A stretch of 64,000 nt of DNA. It comes from Chiloscyllium plagiosum (Eukaryota). Both the position numbers and the translations under genes were made by a program. Within the stretch, counting starts at the first letter, position 1. Each line of letters begins with the position of its first letter. This document shows positions 26,440 to 38,247 of the stretch, in pieces. The stretch is from the NCBI RefSeq assembly GCF_004010195.1, contig NC_057718.1, forward strand, positions 25,738,670 to 25,802,669, in the 5' to 3' direction. The notes beneath the pieces are model-generated. The model did no database searches, was not told the DNA's origin, and saw only the letters and a program-made list of their open reading frames with translations.

Positions 26440-27020
26440 TGAGCCCTCAGAATCCCACCGCTGCATTTAGCAGCAACAATTAAACAGCAACAGTTTCCCC
26501 AGCAATACAGGAGAGCTACTGTTGCCAGGAGAGCTATGGTTGCATTTAGCAGGAATAAATAAACAGCAGCAATTTTTTTTCCCCTGCAGCACTGATTGTG
26601 ATAATTAAACATTAGCGGAGTTACTGTTGCATTTAGCAGCAACAATTAAAGAGCAGGTTTTTTTTACCCTGCAATGCTGACTGTGCTAATTAAACAGCAG
26701 TTCTCCCTGCAACACTACGATAATCAAACAACAGTCTCCCCTGCAAAACTCACTGCAATAATAAAGCATCAGGAGAACCATTGTACCTTTTGGCACTAAC
26801 AATTGAACAGCCACACTTTTTCCCTGTAACACTGACTGCAATAATTAAACAGCATGCAGTAACAATTAAAATGTAGTTTTCCCCGCAACGCTGATGGTGA
26901 TAATTAAACAGAAGTTTTCCCTGCAGCACTGAGTGCAATAATAAAACAATAACGGCTTTCCCTGCAGGCCAACTATGATTATAAAACAACTGCAGTTTTT
27001 CCTGCAACACTGACTGCCGT
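26440..27020 (+). repeat. Degenerate minisatellite (~36-40 bp unit, core ataattaaacagcag..ccctgca.cactgac)
   Basis: More than 10 diverged units. The same family occurs at ~30260-30425, ~31305-31390 and 32681-32880. Confidence 0.8.
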
Positions 27021-27189
27021 AATGAAATGGCAGCATTTATTGCGAACACCACCATCGATTGAATGCAATGTGTGTGCACGTGCAGAAACACAACATTGCA
27101 GAGCAACATCACTACACAGCGATGGAATAGCAACAGTAACTACTTGTCACAAATAAGGCGCTACTGATATAATCACATTGGTTGAGTAG

Positions 27190-30100
27190 GGAGATAGGTG
27201 ACTGAGGAATTTCAATATGGAGAAGTGCGAGATGATGTATTTTTGTACAAAGACCATAGAGAGACAACATGCAATAAAGGTGCTGTTCTAAATGGTGTGC
27301 TAGAGCAGAGAGACCTCAGTGTATACATACATAAGTCATTTCAGATGGCAGGGTACATAGAGAGCTGTTGATAAAGCAAACAGTATTCACAAACAAAAAC
27401 AGAAATTGTTGGAAACGTTCAGCAGGTCTGGCAGAGTCTTTGGAGAGAAATCAAGGTTAAAGTTTTGGGTTAAATGATCCTTCCAGTATTCACAACTTCA
27501 TAAATAGAGGCATAGATGACAAAAGCAACAAGGCTGTGATGAATCTGTATAAGCCACATGTTAGACCTCAGCTAGAGTATTATCAAGAATGTAGTGCTGG
27601 AAAAGTATAGCAGGTCAGGCAGCATCCGAGGAGCAGGAGAATCGGCATGTTGGGCATAAGCCCTTCATCAGGAATGAGGCTTGTGGGTCAGGGGGCTGAG
27701 AGATAAATGGGAGGGCGGTGGGGCTGTATGAAAAGGTAGCTGGGAATGTGATAGGTGGATGAAGATGAGGGAGAAGGTGATAGGTCAGAGAGGGGAGTGA
27801 TGGACAGGTCTGGAAGGCGGTGCCAAGGTGAAGGCTTAGGACTGGGATAATGTGGGGGGAGGGGACATGAGGAAACTGTTGAAATCCACACTTATCCCAT
27901 ATGGTTGGAGGGTCCCAAGGTGGAATATGAGGCATTCCTCCACCAGGCGTCGGGTGGGTGGTTTGGCAGTGGAGGAGGTCCAGGGCCTGCATGTCCTTGA
28001 TGGAGTGGCAGGGGGAGTTAAAGTGTTCAGGCCCAGGGAGGGTTGGTGGGTACGGGTGTCCCAGAGATGTTCTCTGAAACAATCCGGAAGAAAGCATCCT
28101 GTCTCCCCGATGTAGAGAAGACCACACCAGGTGCAACGGATGCAGTAGATGACATTGGTAGAGGTGCAGGTAAATTTCTGACTGATATGGAAAGATCCCT
28201 TGGGGCCTCGGACAGAGTTGAGGGGAGTGGTGTGGGTGCAGGTTTTGCACTTCCTGCGGTGGCAGGGAAAGGTGCCAGGAGTGGACCGGCACCGGAGTTA
28301 CACTGGCACCACCCCCCACCTGTTCCTCCGTACATCGATGACTATATCGGTGCCACCTCGTGCTCCCATCAAAAGTTCATCAACTTTACCAACACCTTCC
28401 ACCCTGACCTAAAATTCACCTGGACCATTTCGGAAACATCTCTCCCCTTCCTGGATCTCTTCATCACCGTCTCTAGCGTCTGACTAACCACAGACATATA
28501 TTACAAGCCAACTGACTCCCACAGCTACCTAGACGACACCTCCTCCTGCCTTATCTCCTGTAGAAATGCCATCCCTTATTCCCAATTCCTCCATCTCTGC
28601 TGCATGTGTTCCAAGGATGACCAATTCCACCGCAGAAACTCCTAGAAGGCCTCCTTCTTCCACAATCACAACTTCCCTTCCCATGTGGTTGACGATGTCC
28701 CCCAGTGTATTTCCTCCACTTCACGCACCACCGCCCTTGAACCCCACCCCTCCCAACGCAACAAAGACAGAATCCCCCTAGTCTCACCTTCCACCCCCCA
28801 ACCTCCGCATGCAACTCATCATCCTCCACCACTTCCAAATGGACCCAACCACCAGAGGTATATTTCCCTCCCCACCCTATCAGCGTTCCAAAAAGACCAT
28901 TCCCTCTGTAACTCCCTCATCAGGTCCATGCCCTCCACCAGCCCACACCCTACTCCTGGCACCATTCCCTGCCACCGCAGGAAGTGCAAACCCGGCACCT
29001 ACACCGCTCCCCTCACCTCTGTCCAAGGCCCCGAGGCACATCCGTCAGAAATTTACCTGTACCTGTACCAATGTCATCTCCTGCATCCTTTGCACTCTCC
29101 TCTACATCAGGAAGACAAGACGCCTTCTTGTGGATCGTTTCAGAGAACATCTCTGGGACGCCCGCACCCACCAACCCCACCGCCCCATGGCTGATCACTT
29201 CAACTCCCTCTCCCACTCCGTCAAGGACATGCAGGCCCTGGGCCTCCTCCATCGTCAAACCCGTAACACCCTACGCCTGGAGGAGGAACGCCTCATATTC
29301 TTCCTTGGGACCCTGCAACCACACGAGATAAATTCCTCATTCCTCCCCCACACATTATCCCAGTCCCAAGCCACCACCTTGGCACCACCCTCCAGACCTG
29401 TCCATCACTCCCCCCTCTGACCTATCACCTTCTCCCTCACCTTCATCCACCTATCACATTCCCAGCTACCTATCCCACCACCCTCCCATTTATCTCTCAG
29501 CCCCCCCGACGCACAAGCCTTATTCCTGAAGAAGGGTTTATGCCCAAAATGTCGAGTTTCCTGTTCCTCGGATGCTGCTTGACCTGCTGTGCTTTTGCAG
29601 CACTACACTCTTGACTCCGATCCCCAGTACCTGCAGTCCTCACTTTTTCCTAGCTGGAGTATTGTGTATAGTTCTGGATGCCACATGATAAGAAGGACTT
29701 GAATGTATTGGAGAGAGTCCAGAAGATGTTTAAGAGAATGAATCGAAGAATGACATACATCAGTCATGAGGCAAGATTGGAGAAGTTGAGATTGTTTTCC
29801 TTGGAGGAGAAGGCTAAAAAGAAATTGGAAAGAAGTTTCCAAAATCACGAGAGATCCAGACTGACTGGATGGTGAGAAACTGTTCTCACTCATAAATGGA
29901 TTGATAACCAGAGGGTACAGTCTTAAAGTGTTTTGCAAAAGAAATAAATGCAAGATAGAAAGTAGCTTTTTCACACAGTGTGCATTGAGGGTATGGAATG
30001 CACTGCCTGGAATTGTGGTGGAAGCAGGTTCAACTGAGGCATTCGAGAGGGCACTGGATGGTTATTTAAATAGAAACCATGTGCAGAGTTATGGGGAAAC

Positions 30101-30190
30101 AGCAGTGGGATGGTACAAAATTAACATTTTCAGAGTTAGCGTAGACAGAATGGGCCAAATGACCTCCTTCTGCCCTGGAACAATTCTGTT
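27190..30190 (+). mobile_element. Old CR1 3' portion interrupted by PLE insertions
   Basis: CR1 sequence resumes after 29663 (LERVQKMF, LRVWNALP). Confidence 0.75.
27582..29651 (+). mobile_element. Penelope-like element (family A) with inverted arm (27582-~28295) and sense RT/GIY-YIG body
   Basis: 12-bp TSD agctRgagtatt (27570-27581 / 29652-29663). YIDDYIG..FHPDLKFT..LPFLD (RT) and FTCTCTNVI.CI.C..LYI.KT.R.L.DRFREHL (GIY-YIG). Hammerhead-like motif at both ends. Confidence 0.92.
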
Positions 30191-30424
30191 AATCACAAGG
30201 ATTACATCGTGAGGCTTCCCTTTTTTTGAGCAGCCACTTTCTTCCCATCCCGTTTTCTCGGCCTGCTGTAGCAGCAACAATCAAACCCCAGCTCTTGCTG
30301 CAGCACTGCCTGCAATAGTTAAACTGCAGCAGAGATCCTGCAATACTGACTGTGATGAATAAATAGCAGCAATTTTTCCTGCAACACAGACTGCAATAAT
30401 TAAAGTGTCCATGCAATACTGATT

Positions 30425-31303
30425 AAATTAGATTAGATTCCCTACAGTGTGGACACAGGCCCTTCAGCCCAACAAGTCCACACCAACCCTCCGAAGAGCT
30501 ACCCAACCAGACCGACCTCCCTCTAACTATGCACCTAACATTATGGGCAATTTAGCATGGCCAATTCACTTGCCCCGCACATCTTTGGATTGTGGGAGGA
30601 AACCGAAGCATCCGGAGGAAACCCACGCAGACATGGGGAGAATGTGCAAACTCTACACAGACAGTTGCCTGAGGCTGGAATCGAACCTGGGATCCTGGTT
30701 GTTAGAAACGAAAATCGCTTCTCAATAATCGCTCTAGACAAATTCAGGAAAACAAAGTTTTATTAACAAGTCAAGTCTGCAGAGTCGGGCACCCTTAAAG
30801 AAAAGGCGCGCTGAGGCTTACAAAGTCTCCATTATATATAGGACAAGTCCCTCCTCTCCTTGGCTCCAACAAGCCATGAGGTTCACATTCTTAAAAACAT
30901 CATTATTTTTATCACAAAGTCTGCAACAAAAGGCTCCAGAGTCTCCAAAGTTTGTTGTTTTTCTCACCCTGTAGTCTTATCAGTCAAAGGCTTTAATCTG
31001 AAACAGATGTCTCAAGTCGTCCTCCCATCCTGGAGTCTTATCAGCCAAGGACTCATCCTTCTCTGCTGTGTGAATGGCTTCATTAATCAAGAGCCTGCTT
31101 GTTTTTACTATCGCTCACAAATTGTCAGCATTCTGCACAATTTAAACTACTCTACTTTTGAGTATATAAAATGGTTGTTAGAAAAGAAACAAAGGTTTTG
31201 TCTTTTATTATAGATCAGTCTGTGGTCCAGGCACATCTTAAAGTTTAAACCGAAATTACCTCTCACACTGGTGTTGTGAAGCAGCAGTGCTAACCACTGA
31301 GCC
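30425..31303 (-). mobile_element. HE1-type SINE interrupted by a solo LTR
   Basis: (agatt)n tail at 30425. The tRNA-like head remnant gcagcagtgctaaccactgagcc resumes after the LTR. Confidence 0.85.
30700..31267 (-). mobile_element. Solo LTR (568 bp) with 5-bp TSD
   Basis: TG...CA termini, TSD ctggt (30695-30699 / 31268-31272). Minus-strand TATA (~30832-30842) followed by AATAAA (~30759-30764). Confidence 0.8.
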
Positions 31304-31540
31304 TGGCTGTGATAAGCAAACAGCTCAAGTTTTTTTTTCTATAACTTTGACTGTGGTAATTAAGCAATAGGATTTTTTCTCCACAACAGATATCACAAGA
31401 GCCGAACAGCAGGGGCTTGGCTGCAGGACACAGTCAAACAGAAACTGATTCCAGATTTCCCTGTAGCAGGGCATCTAATAGGGCATCTGTCATTAGTTAG
31501 ACTTGTCCCTACACCCTACAGCACTAACAATTTTAAAATA

Positions 31541-31915
31541 CAGTAGCGCCTCGACATACGAATGACCCCGTTCACGAACAAATCGGTTTACGAACAGGAT
31601 TGTACGTAAAAGTTTGCTTCAACGTATGTACGAAATTCAAGGTACGACCGAAAGTACGAACACAAAAAGCCCGTGTGCGACCATGTGGTATCATTGTTCT
31701 GATTTGCTACGCGCTTGTTGAACGCAAAAGCTCTCGGACCCCGCGTGATCTCATTCAGTTTGTCTTTGGCACGTACGGTGTGAACAGTGTTCGTTGCTAC
31801 GTCCATGCATTCTTACACTGTCCGAACAATGGGAAAAATTGATTCAGTTCGCAAACTTTTCGGTTCGCGAACCGGGTCCCGGAATGGATTAAGTTCGTAA
31901 ATCGAGGCGCAACTG
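31541..31915. mobile_element. Tc1/mariner (Tigger/pogo-like) MITE, 375 bp
   Basis: TIRs CAGTAGCGCCTCGACATACGAA / TTCGTAAATCGAGGCGCAACTG flanked by a TA TSD. Subterminal cgaa/ttcg repeats. CpG-rich. Confidence 0.88.
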
Positions 31916-32680
31916 TATATAAAATGTTGCTGATAATTGTGCAGGAGGCATCTGAACAGCCAACAGAGAATCTCCTGAACCAACCGATTATGGGGGGGTT
32001 AAGAAATAAACACCACAAGGTCAAAGAAGGAGAGTGATTTAAAAAGAGACGATTTCAGCGACGGTTGCTACTAACTTAAAAATCAAACTCACAAAACCAT
32101 CAGTGTGGCAAGATCTTTAATTTTACAGATACACTCAACAGCAGGAATGCTACCCACTGCCTCACAACAGCTGCTGGAAATGCCATATATCCATCAATTT
32201 CATAGTCACGGGCTAAAGCAGGCATTTTTAAACAGGGAGAAAACAAAATAGCTGCAGAAACTGTGAGAAAAACAGAAACAGTTCACATTTGATCTGAAGC
32301 TACATTAAATATGTTAATGATGGGATATGCAGTCTAAAGGAGTCTTTTTTTCCTGTGGCACCTGAATGTAGCCACAGAGACTTGTACTCAGGAAACTCAG
32401 GATGTAAAGGCCTTGGCAAACCTTAGCAACACTAGTAATTCTTTGCAGCTAAGGCACAAGCCAAATGTAAACAGATCCTTGTGGTTAAACACCAGCAGAC
32501 AAGTTATGTTGATCCAATTGATTAAAAGCTTCTACATCTGAAAACAGAAGGAAGAGAGAGATAATATATACAGATTTTTGGAAAAATTAATTCATGAGCT
32601 ACTGCCTCTTCCCAAAGCTAAGAAAAAAATCTGTCATGACTGAAATTTCAACTTAGCACAGCTGAGTAGCTGCAGAATCC

Positions 32681-32880
32681 TGGCAGCATAAACTGTGATA
32701 ATTGAAGTGCAGCGGAATGCCTGCAGCATTAAGTGTGATAATTAAACTGTAGCAGAACACCCGCAGCATTAACTGCAATAATTAAACTGCAGCAGAATGC
32801 CTGCAACATTAAATGCAATTATTAAACTGCAACAAGTCCCTGCAGCATAAACTGCAATAATTAAACTGCAGCAGAAACCA
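32681..32880 (+). repeat. Minisatellite, 5 x ~40 bp (ctgcagcattaactgcaataattaaactgcagcagaatgc)
   Basis: Units start at 32681, 32721, 32761, 32801 and 32840. Confidence 0.9.
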
Positions 32881-34454
32881 TGCACTGCTAACTGTTTTAG
32901 GTGTTGAGAAATAAAACAACATTTGTCCTAAATTCTTGTGGAACTCATGCAAAAGTACCAGCATCATTTAGCTTGCCAGTTTATTTTTTGAATAGCACAA
33001 TTTTGCCGCTCTTTTTGAGACTGGGGTAGCAGAATGGGCAGGTACTCAAAGAAATTCAACCCTGAAATCTCCAAGCCCCATTGTTCACTGGTCAAATATT
33101 GATCTATCCACCATCCCTCAGAGCTGATTAATGGCGTAAAAGGGCATTCTATGGTGAAATTCCCTCTAAATTTCTTAGCTGTCGCTGTGAACAAGTAGTT
33201 AGATTGAACTACTTGATTGAACTTGGAGAATTCCCTTGACAGCAGCAAGGTCAACAGTCAGATCCACTGGGGTTTAATGCAGCTGCATCCAACCATCACA
33301 TTGAAGCACTAAGCTGCTGCACTACATAGCTGTACATTTCCTCTTCAATTTGGAAAAAAAAACGTTCACAATTGTCTCCGGCCTAAGCCAAGCAAAATGA
33401 CTAATTCCAAGACAAGGTTACTAAAACTCTCGCAAATGTCATTTGCCCTTCTATGTCTATCCATTAACTTTCACATTGCCAGAAATCAGATACACATTGT
33501 AAGGCAGCAAGGATGGAATTCAGTTAGCAGAGTCATAAATCTAATCAGAACAATTCTTATTAAATTGGATCGAGACAGAATGAGGGTGAAGAAATATTCG
33601 CTCAGTAAACTTTGGGTTGGTTGAGTCATAAAAATTCATGAACCTGTAATGTCATATCATCACTTTGATCATAACAATTATTGTTTGCTTTAGTTTAGAG
33701 CAGTTTGTTGTATATACTGTCCTACTATAGTCCTTGCCGATTTCTTGTCAACTGGTGCTTCTAAAATATATACATTTTCATTACAAAGTTGTTATCTCCA
33801 AACTTCTTGTCAATGATTTGGTGAAGCATAGTAACTTTGCTTTCTCATATCTAAGATGTAAAGAGAGAACAGCTTTTGATGTTGGTTGATGTATCATTGT
33901 AAAAAATGCCTTGTAGCGTTACAGAATGAAAATTATTTGAAGCATGACTTGGAAAGACTAGAGCGACAATGTACTTCAGCTATCAGATTGGTGATGACAT
34001 GAGTTGACAGCTACTTACTAAGTAGCAATGGGTAAAATAACTGATTCATCAATACCTTAGGAAGCAAGAGGTGAAACGTTCTTACAAGGGCTTTCACATC
34101 GGTAACTCTTCAAAGCTCAAACTAAAGAAGATTGTTTAGCGCTAAAGGAATTAAACCTTGCAGGAAAGAGGTTGGGGAGATTGTATTAAATGCTAACGGT
34201 TAGCAGGGCATCCTGGGAAGCAATGCCATTCTTGCAGCAACAGCTTTATTTAGGATAGCACATGCTACAAGTTTGGTCTAAGATACCATATACTGTAGGA
34301 TCTTGCAGGTAACACGTTTGAAGTAAATTAGTCCAATCTGAATTCAGACTATCTCAGGCTATTGCTGTGCCGTTACAATGGTTTGCATATTCATTATTGA
34401 GGATGGAGTCTATAATTGAGATGCCACATTACTTTGAAATCTTACACCTTAAAA

Positions 34455-34598
34455 CAAAGTCAGAAGGGACTTAACCTGACAAAGGAGTAGCGCTCTGAAA
34501 GCTTGTGATTTCAAATAAACCTGTTGGACTAAAACCTGGTGTCATGTGACTTCTGACTTTGTCCACCTCAGTTCAACATCAGCACCTCCACACCATTG
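34455..34598 (+). mobile_element. PLE-derived short element (family B) just upstream of the exon-2 acceptor
   Basis: 9-bp TSD accttaaaa (34446-34454 / 34599-34607). Contains cctgacaaaggagtagcgctctgaaagcttgtga. Confidence 0.8.
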
Positions 34599-34637
34599 AC
34601 CTTAAAATAATGCCAATTATGTCACTTGTGTTTGCAG

Positions 34638-34757
34638 CTATTGGAGTACCACAATCAGAAGGAAATGGATGGATTTTAAATAATAGTCCAGCTACTTGGA
34701 ACTTCACTTGGCTGCTAAAAGATGATACACCTTTGTCTACATATCAAAGACCATATG
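34638..34757 (+). CDS. ALK/LTK: Internal coding exon of an ALK/LTK-family receptor tyrosine kinase (equivalent to ALK exon 2), phase 1-1
   Basis: Acceptor ttgtgtttgcag and donor G|gtgagt. 120 nt, open frame (x)IGVPQSEGNGWILNNSPATWNFTWLLKDDTPLSTYQRPY. It resembles human ALK exon 2 as I recall it (..[24 protein letters not shown], also 120 nt). Paralog identity (ALK vs LTK) is not resolvable by eye. Confidence 0.85.
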
Positions 34758-35779
34758 GTGAGTAGCTTCTCAAACAAGTAACACTGAGCATTTTTATTGA
34801 ATAAGCAACATTTGTGCTGCTAAATGTAAAGAAATATTGTTTTGAGAAAGTATCTTAGAAGTCTCCAGCAAAACAATATCAATTCTAATGATGAACCCAA
34901 CATGTTAACTGCTTTCAGATCCGAATTTACTGGTGTGGTATTTTAGCTTTTATTCGTTTTATTTGGTAAAAAAAAGTTGTTTGTTTATTGAGTACAATGA
35001 TTTGAATTGCATTCAAATAGTCATTGTAAAATATGCTGTTATGATGAAGGTTCCCCATATTTATTTAATTGACACTACTTCCTCTAATGCAAATAGCCCT
35101 TCTTTCTGAAGACATTATGCTTGTAATGAAGAATATTTAACAAATGTTAATGCAAAAGTAAAATGAGATGCATGCATCCAACAGCACAGAGATGTTTCTG
35201 TTTTATTTCAGTTTAAATCTATGTAGACTTAAAAGGAAGATATCCACTATCCAAATTTCAAAATCAAGTTTCGGAGACAAATTTTCCACATGATGATCAA
35301 ATGGGTGATCTGGAAATTAACCGGGATAGAAAGCCTTTGGTTTAATGGAAATTGAACTGAACATGGTCAAGGCATACTCAGAAACCAAGCAATGCACCTG
35401 CTTATTTGCATTCATGTAATCATTCCTATTATTTTGTCTTTAATCAGAAGAGGATATTAGGAGTGTCATTAGAGAATCCCTACTGTGTCTCAAAGTGACA
35501 TTTTTCTGTTTCTATACTGCATTACATTACACTAATTATCCTGTGACAACTCTGAGTAAGACTGCCAATTAGGGGTGCTCTGTACTGTGTGTCCATTATC
35601 TTGGCTTGAGATCAGCCTATAATGTTGAGTTTAAAGTTGTCTTGGATCAAAGTTGAAATGACAGTGCACGAACAAATGTCGATCCTAGCCTCAAGTATCT
35701 TTGTCAGGACTCTGTATATACGGGAATAATACATCTGCCACTTTTGGGGATGACATTAACACACTCATGTGAAGGTATT

Positions 35780-37130
35780 TTCTTTTTGTTTTTTCATAGG
35801 ATATCAGCATGCATTTGATTATAAGCTCTGGTTACTGGAGAATGTGGCTGGTGAGCCCTATCTTAAGCTAGTAGTTTGTCATGTGCAACAACAATCACAA
35901 TGCTGTAAGGAAGGGAGTTCCACGTTGTTGGCCCAGTGAAAGTGAATGGCAACATGGTTCTGAATCAGGTTAGGCTATGGCTTTGAATAAACTTGCAAGT
36001 GGTGATGTTCCCTTGCATCTATGGCCTTTGACTTTTGAGGAGGTAGAGATTTTGGGTTTGAAAGGTGCTGAGGCAGGGAATGTGACAAATTGTTGTAATC
36101 ATCCTATATATGATACACACTACTGTCACTGTGCACCAGTTGTGGAGAGTGAGGGAGTGGGGTTCCAGTAAATGGCTTGCTTTACCATGGATGCGGTCAA
36201 GCATCTCGAGTGTTGTTGGAGCGGCATTGATTTAGGCACATGGTTAGCATGCCATCATGCTACCAATCTGTGCCTTGTAGATAGTGGAAAGGTCTTGGGA
36301 GTCAGAAGATGAATTTGCACGTTCTGTTCCAATAGAATGTCCAGCCCTCTGTCATGCTCATGTAGCCACAGTTTTTAAAGAGGTCATTCAGTTCACTTTT
36401 AGTCAACAGTGAACCCTGAGTTTGTTTTGTGGAAGATTCAGTGATGGTAATGGCATTGAATGATATGGTTAGATTCTGTCTTGTTGGACATGGGTGTCAC
36501 TTTTGTGACATGAATGTTGCTTGCCATTGGTCAGCCCAACCTTGATTGTTGTACTGCACCTGGCCATAGACTTTTTTGGTATCGGGGAAGTCACAATGAT
36601 ACTGAACATTGTGCAATCATCAATGAATGACCACACTTTTGACCAGAAGGTTGAGGGAAGTTCATTGATGAGGCAACCAAAGGTAACTTGAATAAAGGCA
36701 TTATGCTGAGAATCTCCTGCAGTGATGTCCCAGGCCTGAGATGATTTATCTCTAAGAACTGCAACCAGCTTCTGTTGTGCTAAGAATGCCTCTAAACTCT
36801 GGAGAATAAATCCCTGATTCCCACTGACTCGACCTTTGCTTGGGGTTTTAATATTCATTGGTTCAAATGTTGCCGTGATATCAAGGGCAGAAATCCTCAC
36901 CTCAAAATGAGGGAATTCAGCTCTTTTGTCTATGTTTGGACCAAGACTGCAAAGAGATTAGGAGTTGGTGATCCTGCCAGAACCCAAATTGAACATCAAT
37001 GAGTAAGTAATTGCTCTACAAATGCCACTTAATAGTACTGTCCATGACAGCTTCCATCATTTGCTAATGTTCAAGAATAGGCTGATGAGATTTTAATCAG
37101 TTGGACTGGATTTGTCCAGCTTTTCTTTGG
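35780..37130 (-). mobile_element. Old CR1/L2-group LINE (RT + 3' end)
   Basis: ALDITATF, ITAG..Q, LINELPS and SFIDDC RT remnants. Confidence 0.75.
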
Positions 37131-37954
37131 ACAGACCTCATCTGGGCTATTTTACGCAGGAGCATCTAAATGAAGGTGTGGCAATGCTTTGCTGTCACAT
37201 TTCTGGCCCATAGATTGATTGAATAAGGCCAGATGTTGAGAGCGCAAAATTATAGAATACACTGATTGATGTAAAACAACAAATCATAACATTGTCGAGA
37301 GTTCTCAATACTGCTCAGCTAAATTATATGGTTCCATACAATGTAATTATTTATTTTCAGAAGTGAAAATTGTATATTATTGGAACACTATATTAATGTG
37401 TGTTGATGGAATCGATTTCAGCTCAGTTAACATTCATTATTATCCCTACAAAAGAATCATGTGGTTACCTTTGTAAAACGTTGTTATGGTGTGAAACCTT
37501 TTAAAAGCCTTGGCTGGATTACAAAGGATGGTGAAGAATAAGCTGGATACAAAATAAGTGGACCACGTTAGCGTTAGCATAGTGTGAACAAAGTGCTCAC
37601 AAAACAGTACTTCGGAACAGTACTTCCCTCTGGATTTTTCAAAATATTGCTTTAGGTACCATATGATTGATCTAATTTCTATTTTGAAAAGATACACGAT
37701 ATTCCACATGCATGTCCCAAAATGTGAAGAACTTAGTATTGATGTTCAAACAAAGGCTGCGAATCAAAAATGAGCTTCTTAAAATTCCATAAGCCACTGA
37801 GAACCAATTTTTATTTTAAAAATATGTTTATTCTTTTGCACATACCTTTCAAAAAAATGTTGTTAACATGTAAATTCCTTCATACTGTATGATTGGGACA
37901 TGTTCAATTTTGCTAACCTGTTGAAGTGAGTCACCTGCCAGTGGCTGAACCTTA

Positions 37955-38245
37955 GAGTCTGAGAGTTATCGAGCTTTACAGCGTGGAGACAGGCTCTTTG
38001 GCCCAAATGATCCATGCCAACCAAAATGTCCACCTACTCAGACACTATTTCCCTGCACTTGGCCCATATCCTTTTAAACCATTCCTATCGAAGTATTTTG
38101 TCCAAATGCCTTTTAAATGTTGTTAATGTGCCCACCTCAACCACTTCCACTGGCAGCTCATTCCATATGTGTACCAGCCTCTGTGTAAAAATGTTGTTCC
38201 TCAGGTTCTACTTTATTCTTTCCCCTCTAACCTTAAACTGATGCC
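37955..38245 (-). mobile_element. CR1 3' tail fragment
   Basis: Reverse complement of the CR1 terminal region. Confidence 0.8.
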
Positions 38246-38247
38246 TT

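Noticed and set aside
26440..32880. CRISPR-like array
   Set aside because: Eukaryotic context, degenerate tandem units without unique spacers, and no cas genes. It is a minisatellite.
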